DNA of 61,191 nt from an uncultured archaeon (GTDB taxonomy: Archaea > Asgardarchaeota > Lokiarchaeia > Sigyniarchaeales > SOKP01): positions 1 through 61,191 of the forward strand of contig CAZBPC010000006.1 in the NCBI GenBank assembly GCA_964493715.1, given 5' to 3'. The notes below the pieces were generated by a model. That model was not told the DNA's origin. It was given only the letters and a program-made list of their open reading frames with translations, and did no database searches. Shown in pieces: positions 59,945 to 61,191 of the stretch (positions within the stretch are counted from its first letter, which is position 1; every line of letters starts with the position of its first letter). A program made the position numbers and the translations under genes.

Positions 59945-60652
59945 TTAGAGTTGTTTTGCTACACCATAATATATAAAGTATATACTAATTAATGATGGCA
60001 AAGACACGATTGACCAAATTAATCTAAAAGTTGGATCAGCAAGTGTATTTGAAAGAGACGTTCCATAGTATAAGAAAAAATACCCAAATATCCCAATTAA
60101 AAAATAAATCCATTTTTTTTTAAGTATCGCTTTCTGAAAAGATCTGTATATCTTAAATGAAATATAAATTGTTGGTCCAATGGCAATGCTACTACATATG
60201 ACAATACTATATATAAAAAAGGGCCAGCTCCACTCTGGTTTCCAAGAAACTTCATTAAATTTCATACCATCAGGAATAAACCATAGAACAAAAAGTAATA
60301 AAGCATAGATTGTAAAAATGGTCAATTGCTTTTTTGGTGTAATAATTTCATTAGACTTTAATAGAATTAACAGAAAAATTAATAAGAAGATAAGCGATAG
60401 GCAGAATAAGTAATACGTGATGAAATGTAAAACCAACGTTATAGTTTCATCAAATATATTTACATAAACCATATTTATCATTGCTCCTATCGCCACAAAA
60501 AAATAAAAATTACTCAAAATGAAATTTATCCCTTTTGTTTCTCTTCTAATAATTTTATAACCAATAAATAAAAAAAATAAACCAGCTAATCCTTGCACAA
60601 CGAATACTTGTATAAAACGAGATAAATCCATACCTTGGGCTATTAGGAACAA
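59945..60652 (-). CDS. stand-alone 7TM membrane protein, tandem paralog
   Basis: Same motifs as 59093-59812. Confidence 0.75.
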   Translation of the reverse strand: MFLIAQGMDLSRFIQVFVVQGLAGLFFLFIGYKIIRRETKGINFILSNFYFFVAIGAMINMVYVNIFDETITLVLHFITYYLFCLSLIFLLIFLLILLKSNEIITPKKQLTIFTIYALLLFVLWFIPDGMKFNEVSWKPEWSWPFFIYSIVICSSIAIGPTIYISFKIYRSFQKAILKKKWIYFLIGIFGYFFLYYGTSLSNTLADPTFRLIWSIVSLPSLISIYFIYYGVAKQL

Positions 60653-60783
60653 CTTAAATACCTGTGAAAAGTCTTTAGATAATGTTTATAATATCATAAT
60701 TTAGTATTCATAATAAATTATGCACTTATTTTTACGTTTTTTCTTAGAAATTTTAAAGTAATGGAGATATAATAAATATCGGG

Positions 60784-60990
60784 TTATTTTTCTCTCCACA
60801 AAACTCCACATTTACCACAACGATATTTCTTTCCATAGATACGAGGATAATCATTAATAACGTTCGTTTTATCTTCTAATTCATGAATCATAAACTTATT
60901 TTCCTCGCCACATTTGGGGCATTTTCTTCTCCCATCTGACTTTTTAACTGTCATTATATTATCAAGGTTTTCTCCCATCTTTGGTATCAC
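60784..60990 (-). CDS. small C4 Zn-ribbon protein
   Basis: GRRKCPKCG...IHE.EDK...YPRIYGKKYRCGKCG..W.EK; homolog of the C-terminus of 12800-13378. Confidence 0.8.
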   Translation of the reverse strand: MIPKMGENLDNIMTVKKSDGRRKCPKCGEENKFMIHELEDKTNVINDYPRIYGKKYRCGKCGVLWREK

Positions 60991-61191
60991 CCTATATTTT
61001 ATGAAATTTGTTGATTATATTATGAAGATGGGGCTTTTTAAATCTTGTTAAGTTTTCTGGATCTTTCATTAAAAGTTAATTTCCAAGTTTGAAAAACTAC
61101 GATAAATTTGAACTATTTTTTTGATTATTATGAAAATTTTGGTTAGATAACACATTTCCATAATTGACTGCTTGTTCATATAATTCTGGGT

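Overview
AT-rich archaeal chromosomal window, most likely Asgard archaea (Lokiarchaeia). This assignment is inferred from Alba, a histone, a Sec11-type signal peptidase, Trm11/Trm5-type tRNA methylases, DUF35, a longin-like protein, solo 7TM proteins and Zn-ribbon families. The first ~8.1 kb is the most unusual part. It is a minus-strand array of start-less, multi-pass-membrane C-terminal cassettes that share a conserved hinge (a 49-bp near-identical repeat; motif L-W-L-L-[VI]-R-A). Each cassette is followed by a small 1-2 TM + PH-like gene. This is the layout of a polymorphic toxin/immunity (or cassette-switching) locus, apparently with membrane-acting tips. A second notable locus (14.4-24.9 kb) joins Alba, a Bd0055-like histone, a 1489-aa Dna2-like Fe-S nuclease/SF1 helicase, Mre11/SbcD, Rad50/SbcC with a CX6C hook, and a membrane-anchored PD-(D/E)XK nuclease, with no HerA/NurA. 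The rest is mostly housekeeping, lipid/sugar catabolic and transport genes plus lineage-specific proteins, one frameshifted 7TM gene and a duplicated gene tail. I found no rRNA, tRNA, CRISPR array or transposase. All family assignments come from motif recognition by eye, not database searches.
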